DNA from: Leptogorgia sarmentosa
Taxonomy: Eukaryota
Reading direction: 5' to 3'
Assembly (NCBI GenBank): GCA_964658305.1
Contig: OZ210885.1
Span: forward strand, 4,526,001-4,590,000
DNA: 64,000 nucleotides
Shown: positions 1 through 13,169 of the stretch, piece after piece
Position numbering within the stretch: the first letter of the stretch is position 1
Layout: each line of letters begins with the position of its first letter
Position numbers and translations under genes: made by a program
Notes under the pieces: model-generated
Told to the model about the DNA's origin: nothing
The model's input: only the letters and a program-made list of their open reading frames with translations
The model's database searches: none

Positions 1-1062
1 CCAAACTTTGCAATTGTACTAATTTTAAATTGCTCTTTTTAGGCTGTCGTGATTGATTCGTTCTTGCCTGGATTGAAACTCGGTCTATGGCTGAAATTGT
101 CTATTGTTATGGTCAACGTTTCCTCTCCGATACCATGTTGGTTTCAGTTTTAGTGGTATGACATTTTCTGTCTTGTAATATTTTACTGAGGGAGACTAAC
201 GACAGACAAACAAACAACAAATTTTCTGTTAAATGTCAATTTTTGTTGGGATACTTTTGGGCTAAGTCCAGAGTTCATAAGAAAACAAAATGGTGGTTTC
301 CGCGAGCTTTCTGGAAGGTTGCACGACTTTACAGGAAGGAATTGGTCTGTTTCATCATACTGAATTGAGTGAGGGTTGACTTGAAATGTCTCAACATTTG
401 TTACTTGGAAACTGATTCGAAATAAACCTTTAAAATGCTTGCGCACGCCAGTGTCAAAACAACGAATCGCAATGCAATGTGGGAAACATGTGGGAATAAA
501 TTTACTTGTGTATACGTATTTATTATTTGAAGTTTGTACAATCACTTTCAAAAGTAGTTGGGACACCAATGGTCTTAGGACATCAGTGGCATCGTGCTAA
601 TAATTACAAACAAAACACTCCTCGGCCCTCCCCTCCCACCACCCCATTCATTGTTGTTTTTCCAAACATACATTATTGTACGCAAAAACCAATTGCTAAC
701 TACAACACAACATTGAATTGGGGGCAAGGGGATTGATGTTTCAGGAAATGATGGCTATTTGGGGCATCTGTCCCAACACATTTGAAAGTGATTGTAGTTT
801 ACACCGCGTAATTTTATTATCGCAATAAAATAATTGCGATAATAAAATTAGGTGGTGTAAACTACTTTTCCTGATGGAAAATCCACGTGACGTAAGACGT
901 AAGATATATACTACCGCAAAATAACATTTCTTTACTGAAACCTCGGGAAATAGTGAGTTTTGTTTCCACAAGACTCACTGTTTCCCTCTGTATTAGTAAA
1001 TAAATGATATATATTAAATATTTAAAACTATATCGAGCTACGTCAAATTTAGTTACTCTTAC

Positions 1063-4000
1063 CTTTTGTTTGGAATGGTATATCGTACTTGACAAAATCA
1101 TCCACTGTGGCTTTCATAACAATATTGAGTATGATGTACGTCATGGATGACTTCAGGAATGTATCAATACCTATACATAAAGCAAAGCACGTCAAATTAA
1201 ATTCAGCACAATTCTATAGAGAAGAAAATCGTCTGCATATGGAACGAAATTGAGCTACAAACAGCCCAAAATCCCATCGATACAGTATGTGGTATTTGTG
1301 CTGGTATATGAAAGACGCACGCTTTATGAGCGGTGTGATTTTACGAGATTGCAATTTTATCAATAATTGCCAAAGGGTAAGTTTAACCTTAATCAGTTAG
1401 TATTACACAACACATTAAGTACACTCTACCTACTACAAATCCATAAGCTCCAACGAAAGAACTTGCCAATATGGCAAACTAAAAAAGAAAGTAAAAACCA
1501 ATGGTGAAAACCCTATTCTATAAAAACTCCAGCCTTACGCAATGCGGCCATGCCTTAAAATTTGTCATTTTGCGTGGTAGGCCTAATATTATTGTTTTTG
1601 ACCATTATCTTTTGTCAAAAGAATTTTACCAGTAACTTATTTCGCAAGTCGAACTGCGAAATTTTCATGGCGTATTTTCTAAACCAATTTTTCAAACGTT
1701 TGGTGGGCGACACTTGAACACTTCCCATGCACATATTTAAGCTAGTGATTTTACCAGCCAAAATGGCGGATTTGAGGCCTGGTCGCAAACTGAGAAAAGT
1801 TAATTAGCAGAAGCGAATTACTAGCCTTGCTATATCATGTCTTACCACTTTTAGACAGATGAGAAAAATGCATGGAAGCGTAACTGACATACACAAGAAA
1901 ACAGTCCAGTAGTTAATGTCATTCTTCCAGTAATGTAAGTTTCCTAACAGAAAATATAAACAAACGAGCGATTAGAAGACATTTTAAGGAAAATACGTTT
2001 GAAATTATATACAAAGTATTCTTTGATATCTTTTGATTGAAACTACGGACACACAAGCGATATTCTCGACGAGAAACCAAGTCCAAAGCGACGGGAATGC
2101 AATACACCCCTCCACAAAGCATACGCGTCACCGAACTCAAAGGCGAGGCTTACTCGCTAAGCCTTATTGACAACTTTGATTCATAAAAATAACAAAAAAG
2201 TAAACTAAGATTGTGGACAATGTCAAATTTTATAAGGTACTGTGCCGTTGTTAACTGCATCAATAGAGTAATCCATGCTCCACTAATAAAACTTAGTGAT
2301 TCAGCCTCGCTTTCGAGTTTATTGACGTATGCTATCTGGAAGGGTGTACTGTAGTAAAATAGTTGCATTACGGTGTATCACACTCTGCAACAGCAACGCA
2401 AACCTTCCTGCAATCGTTGACAAAATTTCAAACCACTGAATTTCGGGCAAAGGATTGCCGTAGAATTAGCGAGCTTAACGGCCCACACTGACCGGACGTG
2501 ATTTTTCAGTTTTCAGAAGCAAACATAATTGCCCCTGATGCAATATTTTCCAGAATTTCATAGCGCCAAAACATCTTGACAAGCTTCCAAAATTTACTTT
2601 CTGGGAGTCTTTATGCACTTTCAAAAGCTGGAAAATCGCGTCCGGTCTGTGTGGACCTTAAGACAACACGACGCGCCTCCCTAACAAAAAAGGTTAACAG
2701 CGGCGTCGTGTCAGCAAGTGTTCAAGAAATTTGATCGCTTACGCTCTGGTTTCTTATGCACGCATGCGTAGTGAGCTTTAAAGTGGATATTTAGTCCGGA
2801 CTACCGCGTCGTGAGGCCCGTGTCGGTCAAATTTTACGCCTGACGAGTTTCTTTACCAGCCATGTTGGGGCCATAATGCAAACAACTGTGTAAAATTCCA
2901 ATGGGGTCAAAACCCATAATATTCACCCTCAAATTTGTACTAAAACAATTAGTCGCACCTTAGGCTCGGTGATCACCCTGTTTAAGGCGACTAATTGTTT
3001 AATACTCTCGAGCTCGTAATCGAATTGTTAAAAATAAACATTCACAACAACAACGTACCGAATGGAGTGAAAAATACCAAAGCACTAAGAAGAAAGCCAA
3101 AGGGTAAACCACAGATATAAAGAACGAGATATTTATATCCTGTCCACCACCACAGTAAGTATACAAGTAATGCGCCCGCAACACCCAGACATACGCTTCC
3201 AATCATGCGCACTAAAAAGAAAATAAACGTTTGTTCTATTAATTGTAACTTGATTAATCATTCTTAAGTCTTGTCATGGCTCCTTATAAAACAAAACGTC
3301 TCATGATTATTGCACTGCCCGACAAACAAGCTATATTAAATTTTGGGAATGTGAGCATAATGGCCAGTTCAGACGTCGAACTTTTCATGTGCCTAACTTA
3401 ATTTTAATGACCAAAGCTCTTTGTTTGAGATCATTTGCATCAGGTCTGGCACATGAGAAGTCCGACGTCTGAACTAGGCCTTAGTGCATTGAGTTTTAGG
3501 TGACTCAATCGGTCTCGTCGAAAGATCTTTGCTAGAAACGTCCAATTTCATCGCATCGTATACGTGGTGAGTAGAACAGCTGCTTGTGGATGACTTAGAA
3601 TTGCTGCTGGTAGGTTTGTGAAAACCGCAATACCCGTGACAAGCTTCGAAGACAATAAGCCACATTATTATTCTGTGATAAATTTGCAATTGCAATCAGT
3701 GAATTTCGTTTCTATTGACGACAGTACAATAAAGTACAGCTGTATCAATCTTTTAAATAATCAGTTTATTACTTACCATCATGGCTCCATTCCGTTTCGT
3801 TGGTTAGAAACAAAAATCCAAAGAAGGAAAACAATGCGAGGCCACTGCCAAGTATATCTAAAAAAATAAATGCAATTTATTCTACGTGAAAAGAACATAT
3901 GTAAATGAAGAGCGTGTTCTAATCAACTCGTTTCGTACACAGCGGATTAAAAAAAGGTAGTTCTTCCAAAACCTCAAACGATGAACTTTGAGCGTGCAAG

Positions 4001-7000
4001 GAATGCTGGTTGCCAGTTATTCAAGGCCATTAAAGTTGCCAAATCAGCTTTGTAAATGACCAGCCCGTATTTTTCCGTGTTTACTATACGCTCTGGCATT
4101 GTCGCAAAATACCCTTGGTTTGAGGCTCCAAACAGAAGTTAACCAGAATCCCTTGCACGCTCATAATTCATGGTTTAAGGTTTTGGAGGACAACCTTTTT
4201 TGAATCCGCTGTATATACATCGATCAATGGATCGATCACTTACATATTCTATAGAATCGCACGCCGACGAAACAAATAAACAACCCCAAGAGAGATCCGC
4301 ATGATGCAAGAACAAGATTTGCAATTGACCCTAAAACGAAAAATATTTCAAATGCTGTTAGCTACAGTACTTAAAAAAGCTGCGTTATCATTGACCTGTC
4401 CAACGTACTAAAGATGATAATAGCGAGGTTCAGATTTGACTTCCACTACCACTACCGCTACCATTAAAATCCCATGAACCAATCAGATGCTTTAAGTCTG
4501 TTCGGTTAACGAATCACATTCGTGATAAGTCGGTGTATGGTTGCGGTAGCGGAAGTCAAATCTGAACCTCGCTAATACTCCAACGCGGCCGACATACTAT
4601 AGTATAGTCTCTATAGAGATAAAATCATGCGTCGAGCAAAAACATCGCCAGTAAGGGGACTGGGCAAGAGGAGTCCCATGTGAGAATATGAAGGAAATTC
4701 CTGTATTTCGTCCCACGAACCCCCCACCACAGAGTCTTGCGCGTTTTGGTTTTCGAAGCATATTATTTATGTTTCCCGTACGAGGGGAAGGCGACCCGAC
4801 AAATTTTTTCCCGTAGGAAGTCGGCAAAATAGAGGTCAAAATTAGTCGTTTTATGTTGAAGTTAGAGGTATCTACACGCAGTGGCGAAGCTAGTCGGACA
4901 GTTTGGTCCTGCTATGCAAATTTCTAATCCATACCAACATTCATTTCTTTAGGAATGTATTGTTTTCACGGTCTATGAACAGAGAAATACTTGCATAGCA
5001 GGACCAAAGTGTCAGTCTGGCTTCGCCACTGTCTTATAACATTGAAGGAGGTGGGGGAAGGGTTGGGGAGTTTGAAGATCAAGTTAGAGGTTATAAATGT
5101 TTATAGGTCACGTTTGTCCATGGTTGGAGTTTATTGAAATAAAACATACCAAATGAATCGCATCCGTCGACTTTGGCAGTGAAGCTACAGCCATATGTCA
5201 CGACAGGGGAATAAACTGATTCTTCTTTCGTTACTGGGTCGTACACAAGAATGTTGAATATCATTCCTTGACCTCGTTTCGTATCGAATACTTGAGCAGT
5301 TACATCTTTTCCAGGACTCCAATCACGAATCTACAATATAAAATCACAGTCTTGTACCGAAATAACGTGTTGTTCATTGGATTTGTTCTTCACTGTCTTC
5401 ACTATAACCTGTTGAAAAACATTCCTTGCGTGTATTTTGATAAACGTGTTTTTTGAGGAGGTAAACCTGTTCGTCACTCTACCGTGCCTACGTGACTCCT
5501 GTCTAGCAGAAACATGGCTTTAAAAGCACGGGAGATTCTGTGGTAAACAAGCAGCAAAAGTTCTATTCACTAGCTAATAAACGTTCAGGTAGTGGGTAGA
5601 ATTTTTCTCACTTGTTGATGTTATCCTACACTGGCCACATATTGAAGTGATTTTTTAGTACATAGCGACACACCATTGTACCTTTTCCCCATTTTTCTTG
5701 ACTTTATCAGGCGTCAGCATTTTTGAAATCCCATCGTATAGCTCATCATTTTTGAGATTCCCTTCTTCCAAAAAATACTGGTAAATGCCATATTTTAAAC
5801 GATAGTGACGTGGCTTTTCCCCTCCTGACTGACCACTGCAGTCCGAAGTATCGTAATTGTAGACATTCGCCAATGCGAACGACAAAACGCTCTTATAGTA
5901 CTGCTTGCTTGTGATCACTAAATTTGGATCCGTCTCCATACTACATGTAAGACAACATCCACCTGGTATTGGAGCTGAAAGATAGGAGAGGTAGCAGGTA
6001 GCCTCCTTCCCAGGCATACACAGTTGATCCAAGTAGTAAAATTCAAGACCAAGGGTATTATACTGCCATTATATATTGCCTAAGGTTTTAATCTTTTCAA
6101 ATTTTATCTGTCCCGGTATGAAGTACTTCACACCGGGGACTTTTGCTGCGATTTTCCCCTTTTGAACGATGTGAAGGAGGTGACCAGTTATAAATGTTCT
6201 AAGTTATGAAATCTCATAGCAACTTCTTCACATCGTTTAAAAGGAGAAAATCGCTCCTAAAATGGCAGCAAAAATCGCCGGTGTAAACGGGCCTTGACAC
6301 AACAGAACTACTTCTTAAGATACCGCGAAAAGCCTGTTCACACGAGTGATTTTTTGTTGCGATTTTCTCCTTTTGATAGATGTGAACGAGTGGATTAATA
6401 ACTGAGCATCACATCCGTGAAAAGGAGGTGAACTAAAGGTAAATTTCTTCTGACTGGTGGAACCACAGGCATCCCAGAAAGTTACGCACATTATGTCATT
6501 GCATTCATTAGTATAATAATATCCTAAGGCTGGGTTACAATATAAATAGACATGCACTTACACCTTCGCTTCAAGCAAATAAAATAATAAACAATTATTG
6601 GATGAGGTTTTTGTGATATGCGGATTCGGCTCGGCTGATAACGCTTACCTCGACCTTGATAATTTTGCATATCACAAAAACCGAATTCAATAATTGTTTT
6701 ATTATACATTTGAAGAATAATAAACCAAGTATTAACGCATGAAAAACTTTATTTATGAAACCATACTGAAAACAGGCTTATTTTGTACCTAATTAGTTAT
6801 CTGCTAGCAGATAACTAGATTTCCTGTGGGTCGCGCGATTGCGCGATTTAACTGTATGCTCTTAGCCAATGAGATTGCTTTTACCATCTACAATGTGTAT
6901 AATAATTCGTATTATTTTATTTGTTCGAAGCGAAAGTGTAAATGCATGTCTATTTATATTGCGAAAGAGCTGCCAGCCTAATAATTTGGATATTACTAGA

Positions 7001-9077
7001 ATTACATATATGCAGCAACCCCTCGCCTCACGAACCAATTAATGCAACTATATTTTTGGAACATGAAGTACTTCAAAAGCTGCCTGAGGTTGTTGTCATG
7101 GCAACACGATCGGAAATTCATATATTTCCTAATGAATGCAATGACGTAACGTGCGTAACTTTCTGGGAATTTTCAATCGAAAACTTGAAACCTGAAATCA
7201 CAAACCTTTTCCACTGGACAATACTACAGCAACTAAAGCCTCAACACTGCTACCATTTGGAGGACTAAGAACATAATTCACACTGTGGAAAGCAGCTTTG
7301 ATGCGAGTGTAGATTGATTGCTTGGGGTAACTAAGAAGCTTCAAGATGGCTGTATCAGAATTGGTGTTTGTCTCTGTGCCATAAAGAGTTGAGAGTGACA
7401 GCTTGCGATATTGGGTGTGTGCTTGAACGACCAGAAAGTTTGAAGTCACTGTGGTATAATGATATGAGTAACTGAGAATTGTTTTTCTCTTTAGTGTTAT
7501 AATCTTGGGTTCATCACCAACATTGATGATATCTAAAAAGACAAAAACCTGATATCATAATATTCTTACTGACTGGGTGAACCTTTCCCAATCAGACTAG
7601 ATTTTGAATTAGGAAAATTAATTACCAATCATTACCAAAGCTGGGAGGGGCATTTTTTTGAAAATGAGTGCTACTCATGACAGTTTCATGGAATTTTTCT
7701 TTGCATATGTTTGGGGATTTGGCCATTAATTAATGATGAAAACATCAAGTGATGTGATTGAAATGAACCACAGTATTGGGAATAACAGCAAAATTACTTG
7801 AGTTGGAATGTTTGAAATTGCTGTCTTTATGCATGTTGCCATGTCCATATTACATACAGTATCTCATTAAGCCAGCTGGTCAATTGCATTTACTGGCCAA
7901 TGCAAATGGTGAACTGATTGAGGGGACAGTTGCACTGCTGTGAGGACTTACTGTTTATTAGTTTGTTTTACTAAGTTTTGCTCATAATGGGAAATACTTG
8001 GTGGTCAACATGAAGTTTTACTCACTACCACCCCCAATCCAAGGCTGGGGATCCAGAATCCAAGAACCTTCCAGATTCCTCTACATGGATTCTGGATTTC
8101 GTCTGTTACTGATTTCGGATTCAGGAATGAGATACTTGGATTCCGGATCCCACTTTCTGGATTCCAGAAAACCACCAGATTTAGTATTCTGGATTACCTC
8201 ACATGAGGTGACAGTAAACAATACAGATTTACTGTTTTGAGTGAAGGCCCATCGACACACTAACTCAAGACAAAGGGCCTTTGCTTGAAACATCCAATGT
8301 GTTTGTATCGTTTAGGATGTATTTAGCAGATCTCGAACTACATTTTGATGTTGTTATTCACTATCTACACTGGCCACATGTTGAAGGTGGTCAACTTTGC
8401 ACATATTGTCGTTTTATGCCTCAAGTGTGGAAGCATGCAAATTCTGTTAACGATTTGCATTAGCTATGAAACACAAGGCTAATATATATCATGACACATG
8501 AACTTGATTGAGTAACTGTGTTTCCTTTTGAGTTGAAATACTCAGTACTGTAATATGTCTTGTGACAGAACCCCAACCATTTGATTCTATACTGTGGTTT
8601 AACCTTGAAATTTTCATCTATAGGGTGCCCCAAAAAACCCCAAATGCATTGAAATACACCATTGTTTCAATTTGAGTGCCCTACGCGAAGCTGAACAGTA
8701 TTCAACGCCTTGTCAACATTTTACACATCTTTGCATTCAGGCTGGGGCACACAAACTCAAACAATGTAGTATTGTATTTCAATGCTCTTAGTTTTGGGGG
8801 GCATCCAGTACATTACAACCCTTTTCAGACGCCAATTGTTATAACTGCGCAGAATTCGTGTATGGCCACGTAGAACATGAGTGAACAGTGAATAAGGAAG
8901 TATTTTTGTCAACAAATAGTGCTTACCATTGCTTTCAATCAGCTTCCTGCTAAAATGGCTCAGACTTGTTGCGCTGTTTAATATAGTTGGTGAAGCAGTT
9001 TCCAATACGGGCAAAAATATTAAAATCAGACGGAATATCCCGGCAAAAGATCCAACACAAATACAAGCGCAAGTCAT
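1063..9077 (-). CDS. TM7SF3: Transmembrane 7 superfamily member 3 homolog, 10 exons, 3' end beyond window start. Exons: 9077-8927, 7532-7206, 5974-5682, 5330-5150, 4330-4244, 3857-3777, 3211-3059, 1943-1846, 1478-1430, 1170-1063
   Basis: All exons have GT/AG boundaries with compatible phases. Spliced translation gives a hydrophobic N-terminus, then APIPGGC..DPNL..RLKYGIYQYFLEE, GQGMIFNILVYDP..TYGCSF, LGLFICFVGVRF, LLWWWTG..GFLLSALVFFTPFGNL..YWTVF and GIDTF..YIILN..PFQTK. These match the order and motifs of vertebrate TM7SF3 as I recall them. Confidence 0.9.
2480..2657. mobile_element. MITE (GGCCCACAC-type ends); related copy at ~15219-15452
   Basis: Terminal inverted repeats ggcccacactgaccggacgtgattttt / aaaatcgcgtccggtctgtgtggacc. 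Confidence 0.6.
3362..3480. mobile_element. Short Harbinger/PIF-type MITE, same family as 18241-18601
   Basis: TIRs ggccagttcagacgtcgaactt / aagtccgacgtctgaactaggcc. Confidence 0.65.
3938..4213. mobile_element. TA-flanked MITE (Tc1/mariner-like); partial copy near 21150-21270
   Basis: ~65 bp imperfect TIRs (cagcggattaaaaaaagg..gagcgtgcaagg / ccttgcacgctc..tttttgaatccgctg) flanked by TA. Confidence 0.6.
4421..4574. mobile_element. MITE with TAGCGAGGTTCAGATTTGACTTCC ends
   Basis: Perfect 24 bp TIR. Confidence 0.7.
4879..5031. mobile_element. hAT-type MITE (CAGTGGCGAAGC ends)
   Basis: Terminal CAGTGGCGAAGC / GCTTCGCCACTG plus subterminal inverted repeats. No clear TSD. Confidence 0.6.
6470..7170. 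mobile_element. Inverted-repeat element with a nested GA-hairpin element (~6585-6905)
   Basis: Inverted repeats at 6472-6510/7128-7167 and 6536-6584/6911-6961 enclose a hairpin-ended insert. Confidence 0.55.
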
Positions 9078-9456
9078 TTTAAAAATTTCGAAATATACAT
9101 TTTTTCACGAACGTCGAATTTAAAAATTTTAAAAAACAAATAAACCTGCGCACAGGCAGACTCCTTGAGAATTTGCTACCTGGAACTACCTGCGTACAGG
9201 CAGCTAACCCCCCGGAATTTGCCAGCCCGAATGGAAAAACAAATTACCTGCGTACAGGCAGCTAACGCTCGCGAATTTGCCTGAATGGTCGTAGCTGATT
9301 GGTTAATTTTAAGGATTGAAGATTTAAATTTGATGGCTTGATAAACAACGAGAAGCTTCATGTAAAGGAGTTCTATCAACTAAAATATAGTTTATTTTCA
9401 CGTTTTGCCTTTGCATTTATATTCTTGTGGTATGGTAAAGCTTTAGATGTCTTGAA
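9078..9456. promoter_or_regulatory. Probable bidirectional promoter between TM7SF3 and the FoxM-like gene
   Basis: Divergent start codons lie ~380 bp apart. Three copies of ACCTGCG(C/T)ACAGGCAG-N~10-GAATTTGC (9144, 9188, 9246) and an ATTGG (CCAAT box) at ~9298. Confidence 0.5.
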
Positions 9457-12400
9457 ATGGATTTACAGGTTAGTTTATTGTCGTAATTTTAGAGAGAAAT
9501 ACTTCATTGTTGTTTAAACTTTAACGGTCGGTGTTATCAATATAAACCTGGATGAAACATATTGGATATTGTGGGATTATTATGAAATATTTCTACATTT
9601 TTATTGTATATAAATCAAACATGAAACGTGAGTAAATTTGCGTTAAAGACACAACTACAGTATACAAATCTACAGTCACATACGTACAACATTACAAGTT
9701 TAGATACATAGTAGATACACGTAGTATAGATAATATTTTCCAAAATGCAGTTTCTCAGAACAGCCATCCAGATATTGGTTCTGTTATGGCATATTTACCA
9801 TTTAATGATTCCATCTTGTTAGTATGGGATATCTGCTGTATGTAACCCTCAAACACCAGTGAAATATTTGGGTAATCAATTTATGTTGTCCGGGTCATAA
9901 ATTTATATGATTCTATCTGCAACCCATAACTGTAACCTTAGCCTGATGCTAAACTCTGTTGCCCCTAACTGTTGCTAATAGTTACCAAAATAAGTTCATA
10001 ACAAACCAATATTTGAAGGCAGTAAAATATTACAATTTTTTAGAGTTGGGTTTAAGTTTTGGGTCACTGTCATTTTATATCAGGCCTTTTAAAATACAAT
10101 CCATCTAACCTTGTAGATCTTGTAGCCAATAATCTTATTTGTATTACAGTTACAGTTATGCTAATTTTCTTTCGATGTCAATTCTTATCAATACTAACAC
10201 AGACTATAAACTGCAAAGTGAAAATCCACACTATTTTTATGTCAAACCAGCCAGACCAAGCCAGGATGAGAGCTGTTGACAAACATAATCCATGTTTTCA
10301 CTTCAATAAAATTACTGTTTTGGATAACTATTGAATACACCCATTGAGTACAGCTAACCAGGAACATGTGATTGTCAACTGTTATTCTTGTTTTAACTTG
10401 CCCAAAAATTGGCAATTTTTCTTATCAAACGAAGAGCGTTGTTGCCCATTGATTATTCAGCACTGTGGCAAAGTGAACTGCCTTTTACACCCACAAACAA
10501 TCTTTTCATTGCAACAATGCAAAGGCCATGTTGCACCCAATCATCCCAACCATTATTTTAACAAACTTCCACACATGTTAGGGCCCATCCCACCAATTAA
10601 TGGCCATCCCACCTATTTAGGACCATCCCACCTATGAAGGGCTTACCACACCCATGAAGGGCCATCCCACCTATGAAAGATTTTCCACACCTATAAAGGG
10701 CCATCTCACCTAAGAAGGGCTTTCCACACCCATAAAGGACCATCTCACCTATGAAGAGCCTTAATTACCACCCAGGAAGGGCTTTCCACACCCACCTAGG
10801 GCCTTACAACCCATTAGAATTATTACTTGACTGCAGTGTTCTTTCATGTCAATATGCGAGAAACGAGTGTGGTGTTCTTGTTATCTAAACGATGCAAACA
10901 GATGCTATATCCACTTACTTACACACTGGCCACATGTTGAGGCTGGTTTGTGATTCAAAAGTTAAATCTGATAATACAATTTTCCATGTGTTTTTACCTT
11001 AGCCAAAAGAGAATGGATCACTGGATGATAGTTTGACCAGTATTCAGTGGCTTTGTCAACTTGAATCGAACAAACTCTTGGAAAGCAAGTCACGTGAGAG
11101 GCGTGAGCCCGCGGCATCCAGTTCAAACAACCATGCTGAAGAGAACGATAATCCTTATGAAAAACCCCAGTATTCTTATGCATCATTGATTGTGCTAGCT
11201 ATTGACAGTACGAGAGATAAACGAATGACCTTGCAAGGCATCTACAACTGGATTGAAGGCAATTATCCGTATTTCAAATATTCAAAGAAGGGCTGGAAAG
11301 TAAGGGATACAAAATTTCTTTATGGGAAATGCAAGTGAATGGTATTTTTGCATGAGTCGATTTCCTATATGAAAAACAGATGTAGTAACCCAGTGAGTTT
11401 TGTGAACAACCAGTTCCAAGGGCATTATTCATTTCTCTTGTAGAATTCCATTCGACACAACTTATCGCTTCACAAATTTTTCATCAAAGAACAACGTTCG
11501 GACGTGTTTTGTGGCAAAGGAAGCTATTGGCGCATCTCATCCGAAGGCAAGGAAAACTTGATGCGCGATTTTCTGAAGCCACCGGCCAACCTTACACCGC
11601 CGATAGCACTTCTGCCACACGATCCTAACCGCAAGCTACGGCACATCTTGCCGAAACCTTCTGCTGATGCGGCGAGATTACAGTACGTTCCAATGGTCGA
11701 CTATAACCTTCCCATTGTCTTTGTACCACATCCAAGCGACGCCGGAAATGACGTACCACGTGACCCACTCCAGACACCATCCGGGGAAAATATACAAAGG
11801 AGTTATAATGCAAGCCAAATTCAACAGGGTTTGGTGTCTACTAATACCAAGTCGACTACCCAGCCAGCACCCATTGAGAGTCCATATAATCCCAACTCAT
11901 CTTCCTCCACTGTCGATAGCGTTAATGATTTCAGCGTTTGTGATAGTGGGTTTCTTAGTGGAACCACTACTAACTGTGGTGGAACACCTTCTGAAGATAA
12001 AAATGCCAAAGCTGCCCTATCTACGCCAACCCTGAAGCTTACTAGGAACAAGACTTCGAGTCGTACTCCCAAAGATATCTCGAAGCGACGTTCGCAAGTG
12101 TCAAAAGACTCGAAACGAGTTCCCAATATTTTACGTCGGAAGAAAAAGCCCGCGAAATCCCCGGAAAAACACGAAGCTATTATTCAAAGCCCTCTAAGAA
12201 ACTGTGTACAGTCGACTTTGGCTGCTATTAATTCTAGCAACCACGCGCCATATTCTCCGAACAAACGCGTTGACGACCTTGTTAATACTTTGAGTGCAAC
12301 TCAGTCTTCGCCTTTGGGACACAACCGCTCCTTTGACTTCCTCCAATATGGCTTTGGCAGTCCAGGGATATCGCCACTTCGATCTCCGCTATGTTTTACC

Positions 12401-12604
12401 ACAGGTCTCACGCCACTTCGACAGAGTGATTGCGATTCCGGTATAATTAGTACTCCAATCAATTCTTACCTGGGCGACGTCTCTTTAAATTGGACTCCAT
12501 TCAAAACAGGGTTGACGCCAATATCAAATTATTCTTCACAATCTAATTCTAGCAGTAGTGTACAACGGTGTAGGAAGTCCCTTGGACTTGAACAAATTGA
12601 CTAA
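9457..12604 (+). CDS. FOXM1: Forkhead box protein, FoxM-like. Exons 11003-11299 and 11444-12604; tentative first exon 9457-9468 (MDLQ)
   Basis: The forkhead domain EKPQYSYASLIVLAIDSTRDKRMTLQGIYNWIEGNYPYFK..GWK|NSIRHNLSLHKFFIKE..GKGSYWRI is split by a GT-AG intron at 11300-11443. LDDSLTSIQWL lies upstream. AIxST, KRMTL and NLSLH are FoxM-type residues, and the C-terminus is S/T-P rich. The first exon is only inferred (ATG GAT TTA CAG|gttagt, phase 0). Confidence 0.8.
10580..10800. repeat. Minisatellite, ~19-20 bp unit (CCATCCCACCTATGAAGGG-like), in the putative FoxM intron 1
   Basis: About 10 degenerate tandem copies are visible. Confidence 0.85.
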
Positions 12605-12774
12605 CCAACCGAATCTATTTAAGTCCCTCTTGGCAGCATTTGGGCTGCCGAAGGAGCGTCGCGATCGAGGGGACTGGGGGGACGAGTCCTTCCCCCGCAG
12701 TTATTTTAAAGACCAACATTGAGATTGTTCTAAGTCTGAAGCTTCAACAGCCGCCAGGCTGGCGACGCCTCTGT

Positions 12775-13017
12775 GGGCCGGTTGTTCGTAGCCCGTTTAG
12801 CTTAAACGGTGGATAAGTCAATTCTAAATTATACTCCCATTTGTCTTGTGAATTACTGAACATAAATTTTAAACACTGAATATGTAGTTGCTTACACATC
12901 AGTGTTCCTTTCAGAGTGAAAATTTTTATTTTGATTGTTCAATGAACGCAAAGACTAGCTTGATATTTCGGACTTATCCACCGTTTAGGCTAAACGGGCT
13001 ACGAACAACCTGTCCCA
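12775..13017. mobile_element. MITE (GGGCCGGTTGTTCGTAGCCCG ends); partial copy at ~20968
   Basis: ~45 bp imperfect TIR. Confidence 0.7.
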
Positions 13018-13169
13018 GTACGATTATTGTTTTAATAGTATACATTTTGGCGAAGCTACTTGTGCAGTTTAGAACCGAATAAAATAATATACTGAAAGTG
13101 ATGAAAAATTGAAGAACATCGCATGACTCAAGGCCGATTGTCTTCTGTGTCGTATTATTCTTGTGGTAT

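Noticed and set aside
183..569. 128-aa minus-strand ORF as the last TM7SF3 exon
   Set aside because: No similarity to the expected TM7/C-terminus, and it overlaps a dispersed repeat also seen at ~35025 and ~42705.
1171..1256. Apparent frameshift or insertion in a TM7SF3 exon
   Set aside because: Resolved by a separate 49-bp exon at 1478-1430 and an acceptor at 1171; the gene is in frame.
7998..8240. ORF with repeated DSG motifs
   Set aside because: Translation of a low-complexity GGATTCC/GGATTCT repeat element inside a TM7SF3 intron.
10580..10800. CRISPR-like array
   Set aside because: Contiguous degenerate tandem units with no unique spacers, in a eukaryotic intron: a minisatellite.
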